From assembly GCA_016219875.1 (NCBI GenBank), contig JACRJZ010000150.1:870-64869 (forward strand): a stretch of 64,000 nt of DNA, given 5' to 3'. This document shows positions 1 to 9,755 of this stretch, piece after piece. The translations under genes were made by a program, and so were the position numbers. Numbering within the stretch: the stretch's first letter is position 1; each line of letters begins with the position of its first letter. This DNA comes from Verrucomicrobiota bacterium (GTDB taxonomy: Bacteria; Verrucomicrobiota; Verrucomicrobiia; Limisphaerales; JACRJZ01). The notes under the pieces are model-generated. The model did not search any database. It worked only from the letters and a program-made list of their open reading frames with translations, and was not told the DNA's origin.

Positions 1-108
1 GTCGCCGAAAATGGTCTCCATCTCAATGCCGTCCTCCATGTACATCATGCCGCCCGCTTCGGCGATGGCGGCTTCCATCGGGTCCAGTTCGACTTCGACG
101 TACTGCAT
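1..108 (-). CDS. partial CDS (N-terminal 36 codons; the gene continues past the window start), AIM24/DUF124 (TIGR00266)-like
   Basis: Reverse-strand ATG at 106-108 preceded by AAGG. Translation [36 protein letters not shown] resembles the N-terminus of AIM24/DUF124 proteins. Absent from the ORF track because it is truncated. Confidence 0.4.
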   Translation of the reverse strand, partial: MQYVEVELDPMEAAIAEAGGMMYMEDGIEMETIFGD

Positions 109-480
109 GTCGTCGCCGAAAACCTTGTAGTCAATTTCGTGCGCGGTGCGCGTGAGGAGTGGTGGCGGATTCATGTTCAAATCAATTTGTCGGCGCAGCC
201 GGCATTGGCTGCGGCACGGGCAACAGTTTGCCCAAGGAGAATCGAAGTTCCACTACAAGTTTTCGGCCGGGATTCTCTTCTCCATGCTGACGAAAATCCT
301 GAACCGCCGCGTGAGGGCACGCGGCCTCCAAGGCGGAGGTGCAGGCCGGGTCCCCTGACCCGGCGCTCACCGCAAATGCCGGTTCCTCCGGTTCGCTCAC
401 GATTCAGGTGCTCAGCTCTTTCCCTGCGGATCGTGCTGGAAACGGCGCCGACTCGGACTACACTGCGTCCCGCTTTCAAC

Positions 481-1299
481 ATGAGTGCCAACGAAAAGAG
501 TCCCTACAACGCCTCGGTCATTGGCCGGGAAGAAATCAATCCGCAACTCGTCGTCCTCCGGGTGCAACCCGATGGGCCGTTGTTCGAGTTCGCGCCGGGC
601 CAGTTCGTTGTGCTGGGCTTGCTCGGCAGCGAGCCGCGCGTGCCTGAGGCGGCCGCGGACGAAGTCGCGCCCGAACCCAACAAGCTCATCCGCCGCGCCT
701 ACAGCATCGCTTCCTCCAGCCTGGAGCGGCGCTACTTGGAGTTTTACCTGACGCTGGTGACGAGCGGACAACTCTCACCGCGACTCTTCAACTTGAGGCA
801 CGGCAGCCGGCTGTTCCTGGGACCCAAGGCCACGGGCGTCTTCACGCTCAACCGCGTCCCGGCGGGGAAGTCTGTGCTCCTCATCGCGACCGGAACCGGC
901 CTGGCGCCTTACATCTCGATGTTGCGGACGATGCTGGTCCACGATGCGCAACGGCGCTTCGTGGTGCTGCACGGCGCGCGCTACAGTTGGGACCTGGGGT
1001 ACCGGGCAGAACTCGAGAGCCTGGCTCGCATCCGGCCGAACTTCACCTACATCCCCAGCATCACGCGCCCGGACGAAGACCCGCACTACCGCGGCTACAC
1101 CGGCCGTTTGCAGGCGCTATTGGAACAGGGCGTGGTGGAGAAGGAATCCGGCGTCACGCTCGACCCGGCCCAGGCGGATGTTTTCCTCTGCGGCAATCCC
1201 GACATGATCCGCACCGTCAAAGCGATGCTGGAGGCCAAAGGCTTCAAGGCTGACCACGGCAAGGACACTGGCACCATCCACGTGGAAGAATACTGGTGA
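481..1299 (+). CDS. ferredoxin--NADP(+) reductase (plant-type FNR / flavodoxin reductase family)
   Basis: Lies inside ORF 139..1299; ATG at 481 gives MSANEKSPY.... FAD-binding RAYSIAS motif, NADP-binding LIATGTGLAP motif, CGNPDM. Upstream ORF residues are a low-complexity Arg/Pro run, so the internal ATG is the preferred start. Confidence 0.8.
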   Translation: MSANEKSPYNASVIGREEINPQLVVLRVQPDGPLFEFAPGQFVVLGLLGSEPRVPEAAADEVAPEPNKLIRRAYSIASSSLERRYLEFYLTLVTSGQLSPRLFNLRHGSRLFLGPKATGVFTLNRVPAGKSVLLIATGTGLAPYISMLRTMLVHDAQRRFVVLHGARYSWDLGYRAELESLARIRPNFTYIPSITRPDEDPHYRGYTGRLQALLEQGVVEKESGVTLDPAQADVFLCGNPDMIRTVKAMLEAKGFKADHGKDTGTIHVEEYW

Positions 1300-1332
1300 G
1301 CGTGGCGGCGGCTCGGCAGCGTCGCACCGCGA

Positions 1333-1570
1333 CCCTCACCCCGGCCCTCTCCCATCCGATGGGAGAGGGAGGAGCCGATCCGGCGTTTTGACGAAGCAGG
1401 CGTTGGTTTACGACGATCGCGTGCCGCCCGTTCCCTCTCCCCTCGGACAGGGCCGGGGTGAGGGTGGCGGGCGGCGAATCTGATTCCTTCCATCGGATTC
1501 AAGAAGGAAAGGGAGAAGCCTCTCTCGGAATCCCATTCTTTCCTGAATCCGATGGAAGCGCACTTCGGCC
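1333..1570. repeat. cluster of family D palindromic elements plus an unrelated hairpin, between convergent genes
   Basis: Family D core CCCTCACCCCGGCCCTCTCCCATCCGATGGGAGAGGG at 1333-1369 and an inverted degenerate copy at 1434-1465. A separate hairpin CTTCCATCGGATTCAAGAAGGAAAG...CTTTCCTGAATCCGATGGAAG lies at ~1488-1566. Related copies occur at 14930-15090. Confidence 0.5.
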
Positions 1571-1620
1571 GTTTATCCCATTGGCCGCGGCGTTTCCACA
1601 CTTGCCTTTCCTTCGTCCGC

Positions 1621-2915
1621 TCACCACATCTGCAATGAAGTCTCCAGGTAGGCCTCGATGCGGTCCACCATGACCGTTTCGTTGCACTGGCTCTGCATTT
1701 CCGTCAGCGCGTTCTCGGCAATCTGGCAACGAAGCGCGGGCTGCGCTTGAAGTTCTTCGATGCGGGACGCCAGGTCTTCCGGGTCGCCGGGCGCGAAGAG
1801 CAGCGCGTTGTCGCCATGCCGGAACAGTTCGCAGGTTCCGCCCAGAGCCGTGCCAATGACCGGCAGCCCACACGCCATGGCTTCCATCGGCGTGAGGAAG
1901 TATGGCTCCGGCTCTTCGGCGCAGTGCAACAGGCAGTCGTGCTGCCGGAACAACGCCGGCAGATCGCGATGCAGGTTCGAGACGGAGAGGAATTCCACCG
2001 GCAGCTTCTGGACGGCGATGATGGAGCGCGTTTGCGCGATGTAGTCGGAGTCGCCCTTGCCGTAAATCGTGAGGCTCGCCCGGCGCCCGCGGCCCAGGAG
2101 GAGTTGCAGAGCCTTGACCGCGGTGAGCAGGCCGCTGGCCCGGTTGAGCTTGGCCGCGAAGAGGAGACGTTCCATTGGCACGTCCGCGGGTTTCACGTCG
2201 CCGACGTAGTTCTGTGTGGCGATGCCGGGCGGAATGACGTCGGCATGGCTCACTTTGAAACCGGCTTCCTCGGTCGCCTGCTTGAGCATCTGACTGCAGA
2301 AATAGAGGCGATCAAAGCGGAACGCCGAGATCGAGTTCGGCTCCGGCGCGCTGGCGTCGTCACCGTAAAGCTCTGGAATGCGGTCGCAGCCGGGCATGAA
2401 GCGCGTGGGAGCGATCGTGTCGAGCTTGCCACGCTGGCCGGTCCACTCCTTGAGGGTCCGCTGGCCGTTGCTGCCGGGATGGTTCCACCAGCGCAACCAC
2501 GGATCGTTGCGCACGTCTTCCGCCAGCCAGGTGTCCGCCACGTCATACACCACCGGCAACCGCGCGTGGTGCAGGCCGTAGATGAGCGACTTCGACAGCC
2601 CCCGCAGGCTGAAGACGTGAACGACCGCCGGCTGAAACTCCGCGATCTGTTCCCGCAGCGCCGCGTGATTGGCCGTTTCGATCTCCTGCAACGGCCCGAT
2701 GTCCTCCTCGAGCGGGTGGCCGAACGCGCCGTTGAGCAAGAGCCGTCGCTCCACCGGACCGTCTCGCCGCGCGTTGTTCATGCCGTGCGTGGAGGTCAGG
2801 ACGCGGACCTCATGTCCGCGCAGCCGCAAGTTGTCCGCGATGGCCTGGCAGCGGAAATCCTCCGTGCCCGCGTGGTGCGGCGGGAACAGGTTGGTCAGGA
2901 CGAGAATCTTCACGG
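1621..2915 (-). CDS. glycosyltransferase family 4 (GT1/GT4 fold)
   Basis: ORF 1621..3219. The GT domain starts at VKILVLTNLFPPHHAG, so GTG at 2913-2915 is the likely start. C-terminal motif EPEPYFLTPMEAMACGLPVIGT...GD is typical of retaining GT4 enzymes. Confidence 0.75.
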
Positions 2916-3051
2916 GCGGCGAGCGTAGCAGCAACACGCCACCGGGAGAAGCGGGGAAAACCGGCAAGGCGCGCAGTGGAACCGAGCCTTGGGCGAGGGC
3001 CGACACGCCTGACCCCTTCACAAACGCCTTCTCATCCGCCCGAGGCCTGTT

Positions 3052-3255
3052 ATGGTTCCGCCGATGAAATTCAGCGAAGTGGTGCGAATCCTGGAGCAAA
3101 ACGGCTTCCGGCTCTTGAAGGAGAAAGGCTCCGTTCGCTACTACGTCAAGCTTGGCCATCCCTGTCTGATTCGCGTAGATTTTGACGGCGCGAAAGAAGT
3201 GCCGACCGGAACCTGCCACGCGATTCTCAAGGCCGCGGGGCTGAAAGCGAAATGA
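3052..3255 (+). CDS. hicA: type II toxin HicA (mRNA interferase, YcfA-like)
   Basis: 67 aa; MKFSEVVRILEQNGFRLLKEKGSVRYYVKLGHP...PTGTCHAILKAAGL matches the HicA family. Alternative start at ATG 3064. HicB follows 4 nt downstream. Confidence 0.75.
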   Translation: MVPPMKFSEVVRILEQNGFRLLKEKGSVRYYVKLGHPCLIRVDFDGAKEVPTGTCHAILKAAGLKAK

Positions 3256-3259
3256 AGTT

Positions 3260-3511
3260 ATGATCCATCTGCCCTACTCACTGGTCATCGAAGCCACCAA
3301 CGATCCGGACTTCTTCGGATTCTACTCGCCCGACCTGGAAGGCTTCAGCGGCGTGGGCCACTCTGTGGAGGACTGTCTCTACCAAAGCCGCTGGGGCATG
3401 GAAGACCACGTCAAGACGCTCCAAGAACAAGGACTGCCCGTGCCGCCGCGCAACCCGAACCCGACCGTGGTGATTCAGAACGAAAGGAAACCGGAGTTGG
3501 CGGCCGCTTGA
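3260..3511 (+). CDS. hicB: HicB-family antitoxin (UPF0150/HicB_lk_antitox domain only)
   Basis: 83 aa; IHLPYSLVIEATNDPDFFGFYSPDLEGFSGVGHSVEDCLYQSRWGMEDHVKTLQEQG is the HicB N-terminal fold. Only 83 aa with no obvious DNA-binding tail. Gene order hicA-hicB. Confidence 0.7.
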   Translation: MIHLPYSLVIEATNDPDFFGFYSPDLEGFSGVGHSVEDCLYQSRWGMEDHVKTLQEQGLPVPPRNPNPTVVIQNERKPELAAA

Positions 3512-3583
3512 ACCGAGGCCGTTCCATCAGCTCGTCCAAGTCAAGCCTCAGGACTCCTGATCCCGTGGAAATGGCGTGGCCCG

Positions 3584-3646
3584 CCCGGTGAGGGCACCGG
3601 GCCTACAGGGTCGCGAGAGATCTGTAGGCCGGGTTCCCAGACCCGG
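3584..3646. repeat. family C REP-like palindromic element
   Basis: GGTGAGGGCACCGGGCCTACAGG...CTGTAGGCCGGG. Related copies at 11204-11250 and 49600-49690. Confidence 0.5.
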
Positions 3647-3790
3647 CGATTGGGGGATCAGCAGTATTCCACGCGGCTTCAGCTTCAGGGCGTGGGGTCA
3701 GAAGCCCTGAGCCCGCGCCAAGTTCACGAGTGAATGGCTCCACGCCGGCAGGTTGTCCCACGCCGATTCGCTGCTATGCTGCCGTGAACT

Positions 3791-4933
3791 GTGATCTGGA
3801 AAACGAAACGATCAAGGGCCTCGCCAAGCTGGCAGCATGCGGCGCTGCTGGTCGGTCTTCTGTTGCTGGCACTGTCCCCGCCCGCACCGGCGTTCTCGGT
3901 GTCGGATATTCGCACGGTCTTTCTGATCGTGATGGAGAACCAAGACTGGTCCTCCATCAAGGGCAACCCCCGTTGCCCCTACCTCAACCACACGCTCCTG
4001 CCGCAAGCCTCCTACTGCGAGCATTACGCTTCCCCGCTCAGTCTGCATCCCACCTTGCCCAACTACCTCTGGCTTGTGGCGGGCACCAATTTCGGCATCC
4101 GCGACAACTCGCCGCCCAACGTGCGTGTCCAGGACACCACCAATCATCTGGCGTTCCTCCTCGATCAAGCCGGCATCTCTTGGAAGCACTATCAAGTGGG
4201 CCTGGCCGGTCTGAGCTACCCGCCCACGAACATCGTCTATCCCTACCACACCGCGTTCAACCCGTTCCTCTATTTCCGCAACGTCCTCACGAACGTTGAT
4301 TACGGTCGCGCCCACATCCGGCCCTACGAGGAGTTGGCGAGCGACTTGACCAACGGGATCCTGGCCCGCTTCAACCTCATCAGCCCCGGTCTCTGGCACT
4401 CCATGCACGACAGCGGCCCGGCCGGCGGCGATGCCTGGCTGGCGGGCGAGGTTCCCAAGATCATGGCGTCGGCTGCCTACCAAGGTGACGGCGCCGTGTT
4501 CATCATGTGGGACGAAGATGACTTCGGCCTGCCCCAAAGCAATATCGGGATGATTGTTCTCTCGCCGCTGGCCAAAGGCGGCGGATACCAAAGCGTGGCC
4601 CCTTACACCCACAGTTCCACGCTGCGCACGCTTCAGAACATCTTCGGCGTTCGCCCCTACCTGGGCGACGCCGCCAAAGCCACGGACTTGGGCGACTTGT
4701 TCAAGCCGCTCCGCCTCACCTCGCTGGGGCATCGCTCTGACGGAGGGTTCATCTTGAGGGCCGAAGCGGTCATGTCCAACAGAACACACTATGTCGAAGC
4801 GAGCGCTGACCTGTCGCTGACAAATTGGACTGCCATCAGCACGAATGTGCCGACGACAACCAACTTCAAGGTCTTCGACCCAGGCGCCAGGCAAACACCT
4901 CGGCGGTTCTACCGTGTGAGGGAAGGACCCTGA
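3791..4933 (+). CDS. secreted phosphoesterase family protein (PF04185; phospholipase C / acid phosphatase AcpA-like) with a C-terminal FYRV module
   Basis: Signal-peptide-like N-terminus (KTKRSR then LLVGLLLLALSPPAPA). Motifs VMENQDW, PTLPNYLWLVAGTN, MWDEDD are characteristic of the phosphoesterase family. The C-terminal ~60 aa end in ...RRFYRVREGP. Confidence 0.7.
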   Translation: MIWKTKRSRASPSWQHAALLVGLLLLALSPPAPAFSVSDIRTVFLIVMENQDWSSIKGNPRCPYLNHTLLPQASYCEHYASPLSLHPTLPNYLWLVAGTNFGIRDNSPPNVRVQDTTNHLAFLLDQAGISWKHYQVGLAGLSYPPTNIVYPYHTAFNPFLYFRNVLTNVDYGRAHIRPYEELASDLTNGILARFNLISPGLWHSMHDSGPAGGDAWLAGEVPKIMASAAYQGDGAVFIMWDEDDFGLPQSNIGMIVLSPLAKGGGYQSVAPYTHSSTLRTLQNIFGVRPYLGDAAKATDLGDLFKPLRLTSLGHRSDGGFILRAEAVMSNRTHYVEASADLSLTNWTAISTNVPTTTNFKVFDPGARQTPRRFYRVREGP

Positions 4934-4954
4934 ACGCGGAATCCGAGAGAGGCG

Positions 4955-5042
4955 ATTTCAAAACCTCGTAGCAGCCGACACAAGGAGGCTCAGACTTCAG
5001 TGGAATCAGAGCCTCCTCACGTCGGCTGCTACGGTTTTGAAA
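4955..5042. repeat. family A palindromic element (MITE/REP-like)
   Basis: Arms CGTAGCAGCCGACACAAGGAGGCTC (4967-) and GAGCCTCCTCACGTCGGCTGCTACGG (5009-5034), flanked by the short inverted repeat TTTCAAAACC/GGTTTTGAAA. It produces the spurious N-terminal extension [12 protein letters not shown] on ORF 5000..7870. Confidence 0.6.
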
Positions 5043-5098
5043 CCGGCTCCGAGATATTCGATTTGCCAGCGCGTTGGTTTCTCCGTACACCAGTGCCC

Positions 5099-7870
5099 AT
5101 GACGAAAGCCCTGTGTAGAACTCTTCTGGCCCTTTCGGCCCTCGCCAGCCTAGTGTTGGGCAACCTGCAGCCCGCCCTCGCCCTTGATCTCCACGTCGCT
5201 CCCGACGGCAACGACGCCTGGTCCGGCCAAGCCGCCCGGCCCAACGCGGCGCGCTCGGACGGGCCGTTGGCCTCGCTCGCGGGCGCGCGTGACGCCGTGC
5301 GCAAACTCCGCGCCGCTGGCCCCGTGAATGAGCCGATCCGTATCGTCGTGGCCGACGGCCGTTATCCGATCACCGCGCCGCTCGAACTCACACCGGAGGA
5401 CACCGGCACGGCCCGATCTCCAGTCAGTTTCGAGGCGGCGCCCGGCGCGCACCCTCTCTTCAGCGGAGGTCGAATCGTGCGCGGCTGGCAGCCGGGCGCG
5501 AACGGCATCTGGACCATGCGCCTGCCAGAAGTCGCGGCGGGTCGATGGTATTTCGAGCAGCTTTGGGTGAACGGCCAACGCGCCACCCGCGCCCGCACCC
5601 CGAACAAGTTTTGGTCGCACTTGCTCGACATGCGCGAAGAGGCGCTCGGCCCCGTGCAAGGCCGCCGCGCCAAAGAGGCCCGGCAGACGGCCTGGCTGCG
5701 GCCCGATGACTTCAAGGCGCTCGCCGGCCTCACGCCCGCCGAACTCAAGGACGTGAACTTCGTCGTCTATCACAACTGGGACAACACCCGCCGCTTCATC
5801 GACAGCGTGAACGAACAGGAGCAATCGTTCGTCACCAGCGGCGAGGGCACGAAGTCCTGGAATCCGTGGAAGAAGAATTCGCATTACATCCTGGAGAACG
5901 CGCTCCGTTTCCTCGATGCGCCGGGCGAATGGTTTCTCAGCCGCGACGGCACGCTGCACTACCAGCCGCGTCCCGGCGAAGACATGACCCAGGCGGAAGT
6001 CGTCGCGCCGGTGGCGGAGAAGTTCATCGTCATCAAGGGCGACGCGGCGGCGGACCGATTGGTCGAGCGCGTCACGTTCAAGGGACTCGCCTTCCAGCAC
6101 GCGCAGTGGCTCACACCGCCCGGTGGATTCGAGCCGGCGCAAGCCGCCGCGCCCATCGAGGCGACCGTGATGGCCGACGGCGCGCGCCACGTGGCGTTCG
6201 AGGACTGTGACATCAGCCACGTCGGCACCTACGCCATCTGGTTCCGCAAGGGTTGTCGCGACGACTCCATCCGGAGTTGCACCATCGAAGACTTCGGCGC
6301 GGGCGGCGTGCGCATCGGCGAAACCGCCATTCGCCGCGGCGCGGAAGCCACGAGCCACGTCGTCGTCGATAACAACATCATCCGCCACGGCGGCACTATC
6401 TTCCCGTGCGCCGTCGGCTTGTGGGTTGGGCAGAGCGGCGACAACACGATCACGCACAACGAAATCGCGGACATGTTCTACACCGGCATCAGCACGGGTT
6501 GGACATGGGGCTATAGCGAGGGACTGGCCAAGCGGAACAACGTTTCGTTCAATCACGTCCACCACCTCGGCTGGGGGCTGCTCAGCGACATGGGCGGCAT
6601 CTACACGCTCGGCCCGTCCGAGGGCTCCGTCCTTCGCGGCAATGTGTTTCATGACATCTACGCCTATTCCTACGGCGGCTGGGGGATGTACACCGACGAA
6701 GGCAGCACGGGGATTCTGTTCGAGGACAACCTGGTCTATGACACCAAGACCGGCAGCTTCCACCAGCATTACGGCAAGGAGAACATCATCCGAAACAACA
6801 TTCTCGTGAACAGCAAGGAGCACCAACTCCAGGCCACGCGCGCGGAGAACCACCTGTCCTTCACGTTCGAGAACAACATCGTTTATTGGACGAACGCCAG
6901 CCCGACGCTGAACGGTTCATGGGAGAAGGGCCGCCAACTCACGCGCCGCAACTGCTACTGGAACGCGAGCGGCTCCCCGGTGACGTTCGCCGGCAAGCCG
7001 CTCTCCACTTGGCAGGCCACTCTCGTGGCTGCACCGACCGATGCCGGCACCGACACTCCTTCGTGGGCCGGGCAAGGACGTGAGCAAGGATCGATCATCG
7101 CGGACCCGCTCTTCGTGGACGCCGCGAACCATGACTTCCGCCTCCAGCCCAATTCGCCCGCGCTTCGGCTTGGCTTCAAGCCCTTTGACTCCTCGAAGGC
7201 TGGCGTGTACGGCGAGGCCGCGTGGATCGCGAAAGCGAAAAACGTCCAGTATCCGCCGCTCGAATTCCCGCCCGAACCGCCGCCCGTGCCAATCAACGAC
7301 ACCTTCGAGCGCGACGCGGTCGGCAAGCCGATCAAATCCGCCGAAGTCCACGTCGAAGGCAAGGGCGACTCCATCGTGGTCACCGAAGAAACCGCGGCGA
7401 AAGGAAAACACAGCCTCAAGATCACGGACGCGCCGGGCTTGACGCACGTCTTCAATCCACATCTGGCCTACCGGATGAACTACAGCGACGGCGCGGTGCG
7501 GAACGCGTTCGATCTGCGCTGCGAGAAAGGCGTGATCATCGACTTTGAATGGCGGGATTGGAGCCAGTCCGATTACCACACTGGCCCGCGCTTCGGCATT
7601 CGGGACGGCAAGCTCCGCGTCGGCCCGCAGGCGCTCGATCTGCCGTCAGGCGAGTGGGTCCATTTCGAGATCACCGCCGGCGTCGGCCCGACGAAGAACG
7701 ATCGCTGGCAGATGGCCGTGACGCTGCCCGGCCAAACGCCGCGCCAGTTCGACGGGCTGCCGTGGCCGGATGCGAAGTTCAAGAAGCTGACCTGGGTGGG
7801 CTTCACCAGCAGCGCCACGAGTACGACGGTGTTCTACTTGGACAACTTCGAGTTGAGCGTGAAGCCGTAG
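5099..7870 (+). CDS. secreted right-handed parallel beta-helix repeat protein (pectin-lyase fold; probable polysaccharide-active enzyme) with a C-terminal beta-sandwich-like domain
   Basis: ATG at 5099 gives signal peptide [35 protein letters not shown] near the N-terminus; repeated NNIIRHGG / [10 protein letters not shown] / NNILVN beta-helix repeats. Confidence 0.7.
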   Translation: MTKALCRTLLALSALASLVLGNLQPALALDLHVAPDGNDAWSGQAARPNAARSDGPLASLAGARDAVRKLRAAGPVNEPIRIVVADGRYPITAPLELTPEDTGTARSPVSFEAAPGAHPLFSGGRIVRGWQPGANGIWTMRLPEVAAGRWYFEQLWVNGQRATRARTPNKFWSHLLDMREEALGPVQGRRAKEARQTAWLRPDDFKALAGLTPAELKDVNFVVYHNWDNTRRFIDSVNEQEQSFVTSGEGTKSWNPWKKNSHYILENALRFLDAPGEWFLSRDGTLHYQPRPGEDMTQAEVVAPVAEKFIVIKGDAAADRLVERVTFKGLAFQHAQWLTPPGGFEPAQAAAPIEATVMADGARHVAFEDCDISHVGTYAIWFRKGCRDDSIRSCTIEDFGAGGVRIGETAIRRGAEATSHVVVDNNIIRHGGTIFPCAVGLWVGQSGDNTITHNEIADMFYTGISTGWTWGYSEGLAKRNNVSFNHVHHLGWGLLSDMGGIYTLGPSEGSVLRGNVFHDIYAYSYGGWGMYTDEGSTGILFEDNLVYDTKTGSFHQHYGKENIIRNNILVNSKEHQLQATRAENHLSFTFENNIVYWTNASPTLNGSWEKGRQLTRRNCYWNASGSPVTFAGKPLSTWQATLVAAPTDAGTDTPSWAGQGREQGSIIADPLFVDAANHDFRLQPNSPALRLGFKPFDSSKAGVYGEAAWIAKAKNVQYPPLEFPPEPPPVPINDTFERDAVGKPIKSAEVHVEGKGDSIVVTEETAAKGKHSLKITDAPGLTHVFNPHLAYRMNYSDGAVRNAFDLRCEKGVIIDFEWRDWSQSDYHTGPRFGIRDGKLRVGPQALDLPSGEWVHFEITAGVGPTKNDRWQMAVTLPGQTPRQFDGLPWPDAKFKKLTWVGFTSSATSTTVFYLDNFELSVKP

Positions 7871-7888
7871 CCTGCCGCTACCGGGCCA

Positions 7889-8890
7889 TCACCCCACGCG
7901 GCCGAGGATTCCGCCTTCGAGCGCGAGTTCGTAGCGCCCGCATTCGCAGGGTGAATCCGCAGCAGTTTTCACCAGACAGCCGGTGCGGTAACGCAAGAGC
8001 GGCGAGCCGGTGCGGAAGAACGTGGTCAAGACCAATTCGCCGCTCTGTCCTGGCTCCACGGCTTGGCGGGTTGCCGGGTCGAGCACTTCGGGAAGGATGG
8101 CGTCCTCAAAAATGTGCCACACGCCGAGCCGGGCCGGGCATTCAAACGCCACCACGCCGGCCTCGGTCAGCGTCCAGTGTTCACAAACGCGAGCGTTGGG
8201 CCAAAGCCGGGCCAGGCTTTCGCGTTCGGCGGGAGCGGTCCCGGCGCCTCTGGCCCCCAGCAAAACCAGCCGCACCGTGGCCGCCACGGCTTCCAGTTTT
8301 TCCTGCGCGGCCAGTTCCGCCAGACGCGCGGCGTCGCCCGCGGAACAGCACAGCACTGTGGCGCCCAACTCGGCCATCATCTGCACGCAAGCGCGGTCGT
8401 CGAGGCCGGTGCCGGGCAGGCACAGACAACCCAATCGCGCCGCGGACTCCAGGGCCAGCCAGCCGTCCAGCGCGGGCTGCATGGAAGGCGCAAAGAACAC
8501 CCCGTCGTCCAGCGTGACGCCCGCCGTCTGGAACACTTCGGCCCAGTGCAAGAGCATCGTGTCCCAGCTTTCCTCCGTGTCGAGCCAGCGGAACCTTGCG
8601 CCCGCGCCCGCCTCGTGGTGGCAGCGAATGTAGCGGGGCAGGAGAAAGGTGAGATTCGTGCCGTAGGGGGGATTGGCGCGCTGGTCGTCGGTGATTTCTT
8701 GGAGCGTCGTGTAGGGCGCCAAGTCGGCAAACTCCGTCAGGTCCCGAATCTTGTAGGACATGTCCGCCGTTTCCAGCTTCTGCGTGTTAAAGGGGTTCGC
8801 GCCGATGATCGTGTTCAGCAGGCCGCGGATGCGGTCAATCTGTTGGCCGATGAGGGTGTGGCGTTTGAGGAAGGGGCCAGTGGGAGGCAT
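7889..8890 (-). CDS. phenylacetate-CoA ligase-like adenylate-forming enzyme (PaaK / F390 synthetase family)
   Basis: 333 aa. The N-terminal lid region (LLNTIIGANPFNTQKLE...LAPYTTLQEITDD) and the GSPLLRYRTGCLVK region resemble the PaaK family. Product specificity is unknown. Confidence 0.65.
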   Translation of the reverse strand: MPPTGPFLKRHTLIGQQIDRIRGLLNTIIGANPFNTQKLETADMSYKIRDLTEFADLAPYTTLQEITDDQRANPPYGTNLTFLLPRYIRCHHEAGAGARFRWLDTEESWDTMLLHWAEVFQTAGVTLDDGVFFAPSMQPALDGWLALESAARLGCLCLPGTGLDDRACVQMMAELGATVLCCSAGDAARLAELAAQEKLEAVAATVRLVLLGARGAGTAPAERESLARLWPNARVCEHWTLTEAGVVAFECPARLGVWHIFEDAILPEVLDPATRQAVEPGQSGELVLTTFFRTGSPLLRYRTGCLVKTAADSPCECGRYELALEGGILGRVG

Positions 8891-9025
8891 GGGTTGCTCT
8901 TTCGCGCGTGTCGTTTGTTCTGTGGTGCCGTCATCGAACCTTCATGGCTCAACGCGCCGCGACTCTACTGGCCGCGGAGCTTTACTTCAACGGCTTTGTC
9001 CGTGATAGTCCGCGCGCGGATAGAT

Positions 9026-9219
9026 CTGCAGCAAGCTCCGTCTCGTGGCGTCCGTAGCGCAGACTTTCGAGTCTGCCGTAGCGCCGGTTTTCCAACCGGC
9101 GAGCGATGGAAGAGACGCGCAGGCTGGAAGTTAAATGGCCCAGCCGACGGCAAGTCGGCGCTACGGCAGGTTGAAAACCTGCGCTACGACGGGTGGCGGA
9201 TCGAAGCTTGATGCAGCGG
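9026..9219. repeat. family B MITE-like element (~194 bp) with terminal inverted repeats
   Basis: Left end CTGCAGCAAGCTCC, right end GAAGCTTGATGCAGC. Internal CTGCGCTAC...GTAGCGCAG hairpins and a GCCGACGGCAAGTCGGC palindrome. It overlaps the spurious N-terminal part of ORF 9135..9674. Confidence 0.6.
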
Positions 9220-9236
9220 TGCCGCGCGGAGAACGC

Positions 9237-9674
9237 ATGAGCATGAACTTGAACAGATCGACACTTCTCGCCTTGGCGGTGGCGCTGCTGGCCGGCTGTG
9301 CCACCAGCACACTGGAGTCTCGCCGTACGGAACGCGCGGACAGTTACGCCGCGCTGACGCCCGAGACGCGCGAACTGGTGGACAAGGGCAAGCTCAAGAT
9401 CGGCATGTCGATGGACGCGGTCTATATCGCCTGGGGCAAGCCGTCGCGCATCCTGAGTGGCGAATCCGACGGCGGCAAGAGCGTCACTTGGCTCTACCAC
9501 AGCACGACGATGGAGGCCCAGCGCTACTGGAACTACCGCTACGTGCCCCACGGCCGGCGTTACCAGCCTGAGCCGTTTCTCGATTACGACTACTACCCGC
9601 GCCACTACACCAGCGCCGAGGTGGTTTTCGAGAATGGCGTGGTGAAATCCTGGCGCACGTTGGCACCGCAGTAA
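9237..9674 (+). CDS. lipoprotein, SmpA/OmlA (BamE)-like
   Basis: ATG at 9237 gives MSMNLNRSTLLALAVALLAGC (lipobox LAGC). KIGMSMDAVYIAWGKP resembles the BamE/SmpA_OmlA motif. Confidence 0.55.
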   Translation: MSMNLNRSTLLALAVALLAGCATSTLESRRTERADSYAALTPETRELVDKGKLKIGMSMDAVYIAWGKPSRILSGESDGGKSVTWLYHSTTMEAQRYWNYRYVPHGRRYQPEPFLDYDYYPRHYTSAEVVFENGVVKSWRTLAPQ

Positions 9675-9755
9675 CGACCGCCCTTCCCTCCAAGTGAAGG
9701 AGACGAGTCGGCGACGGACAACAGACGCCGTCCCCACGACCACCACGATCCGAAC

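Noticed and set aside
5000-5098. N-terminal extension [33 protein letters not shown] on the beta-helix protein; likewise 9135..9236 on the lipoprotein ORF and 16085..16237 on the PLD ORF
   Set aside because: The extensions are read-through of family A or B repeat elements. They lack signal peptides, whereas the internal ATGs (5099, 9237, 16238) are immediately followed by canonical signal or lipoprotein sequences.
8063-9211. 382-aa plus-strand ORF inside the PaaK-like gene region; similarly 8982..9746(-) and 17761..18768(+)
   Set aside because: Antisense or out-of-frame relative to better-supported genes, with Arg/Gly/Ala-rich low-complexity translations and no motifs.
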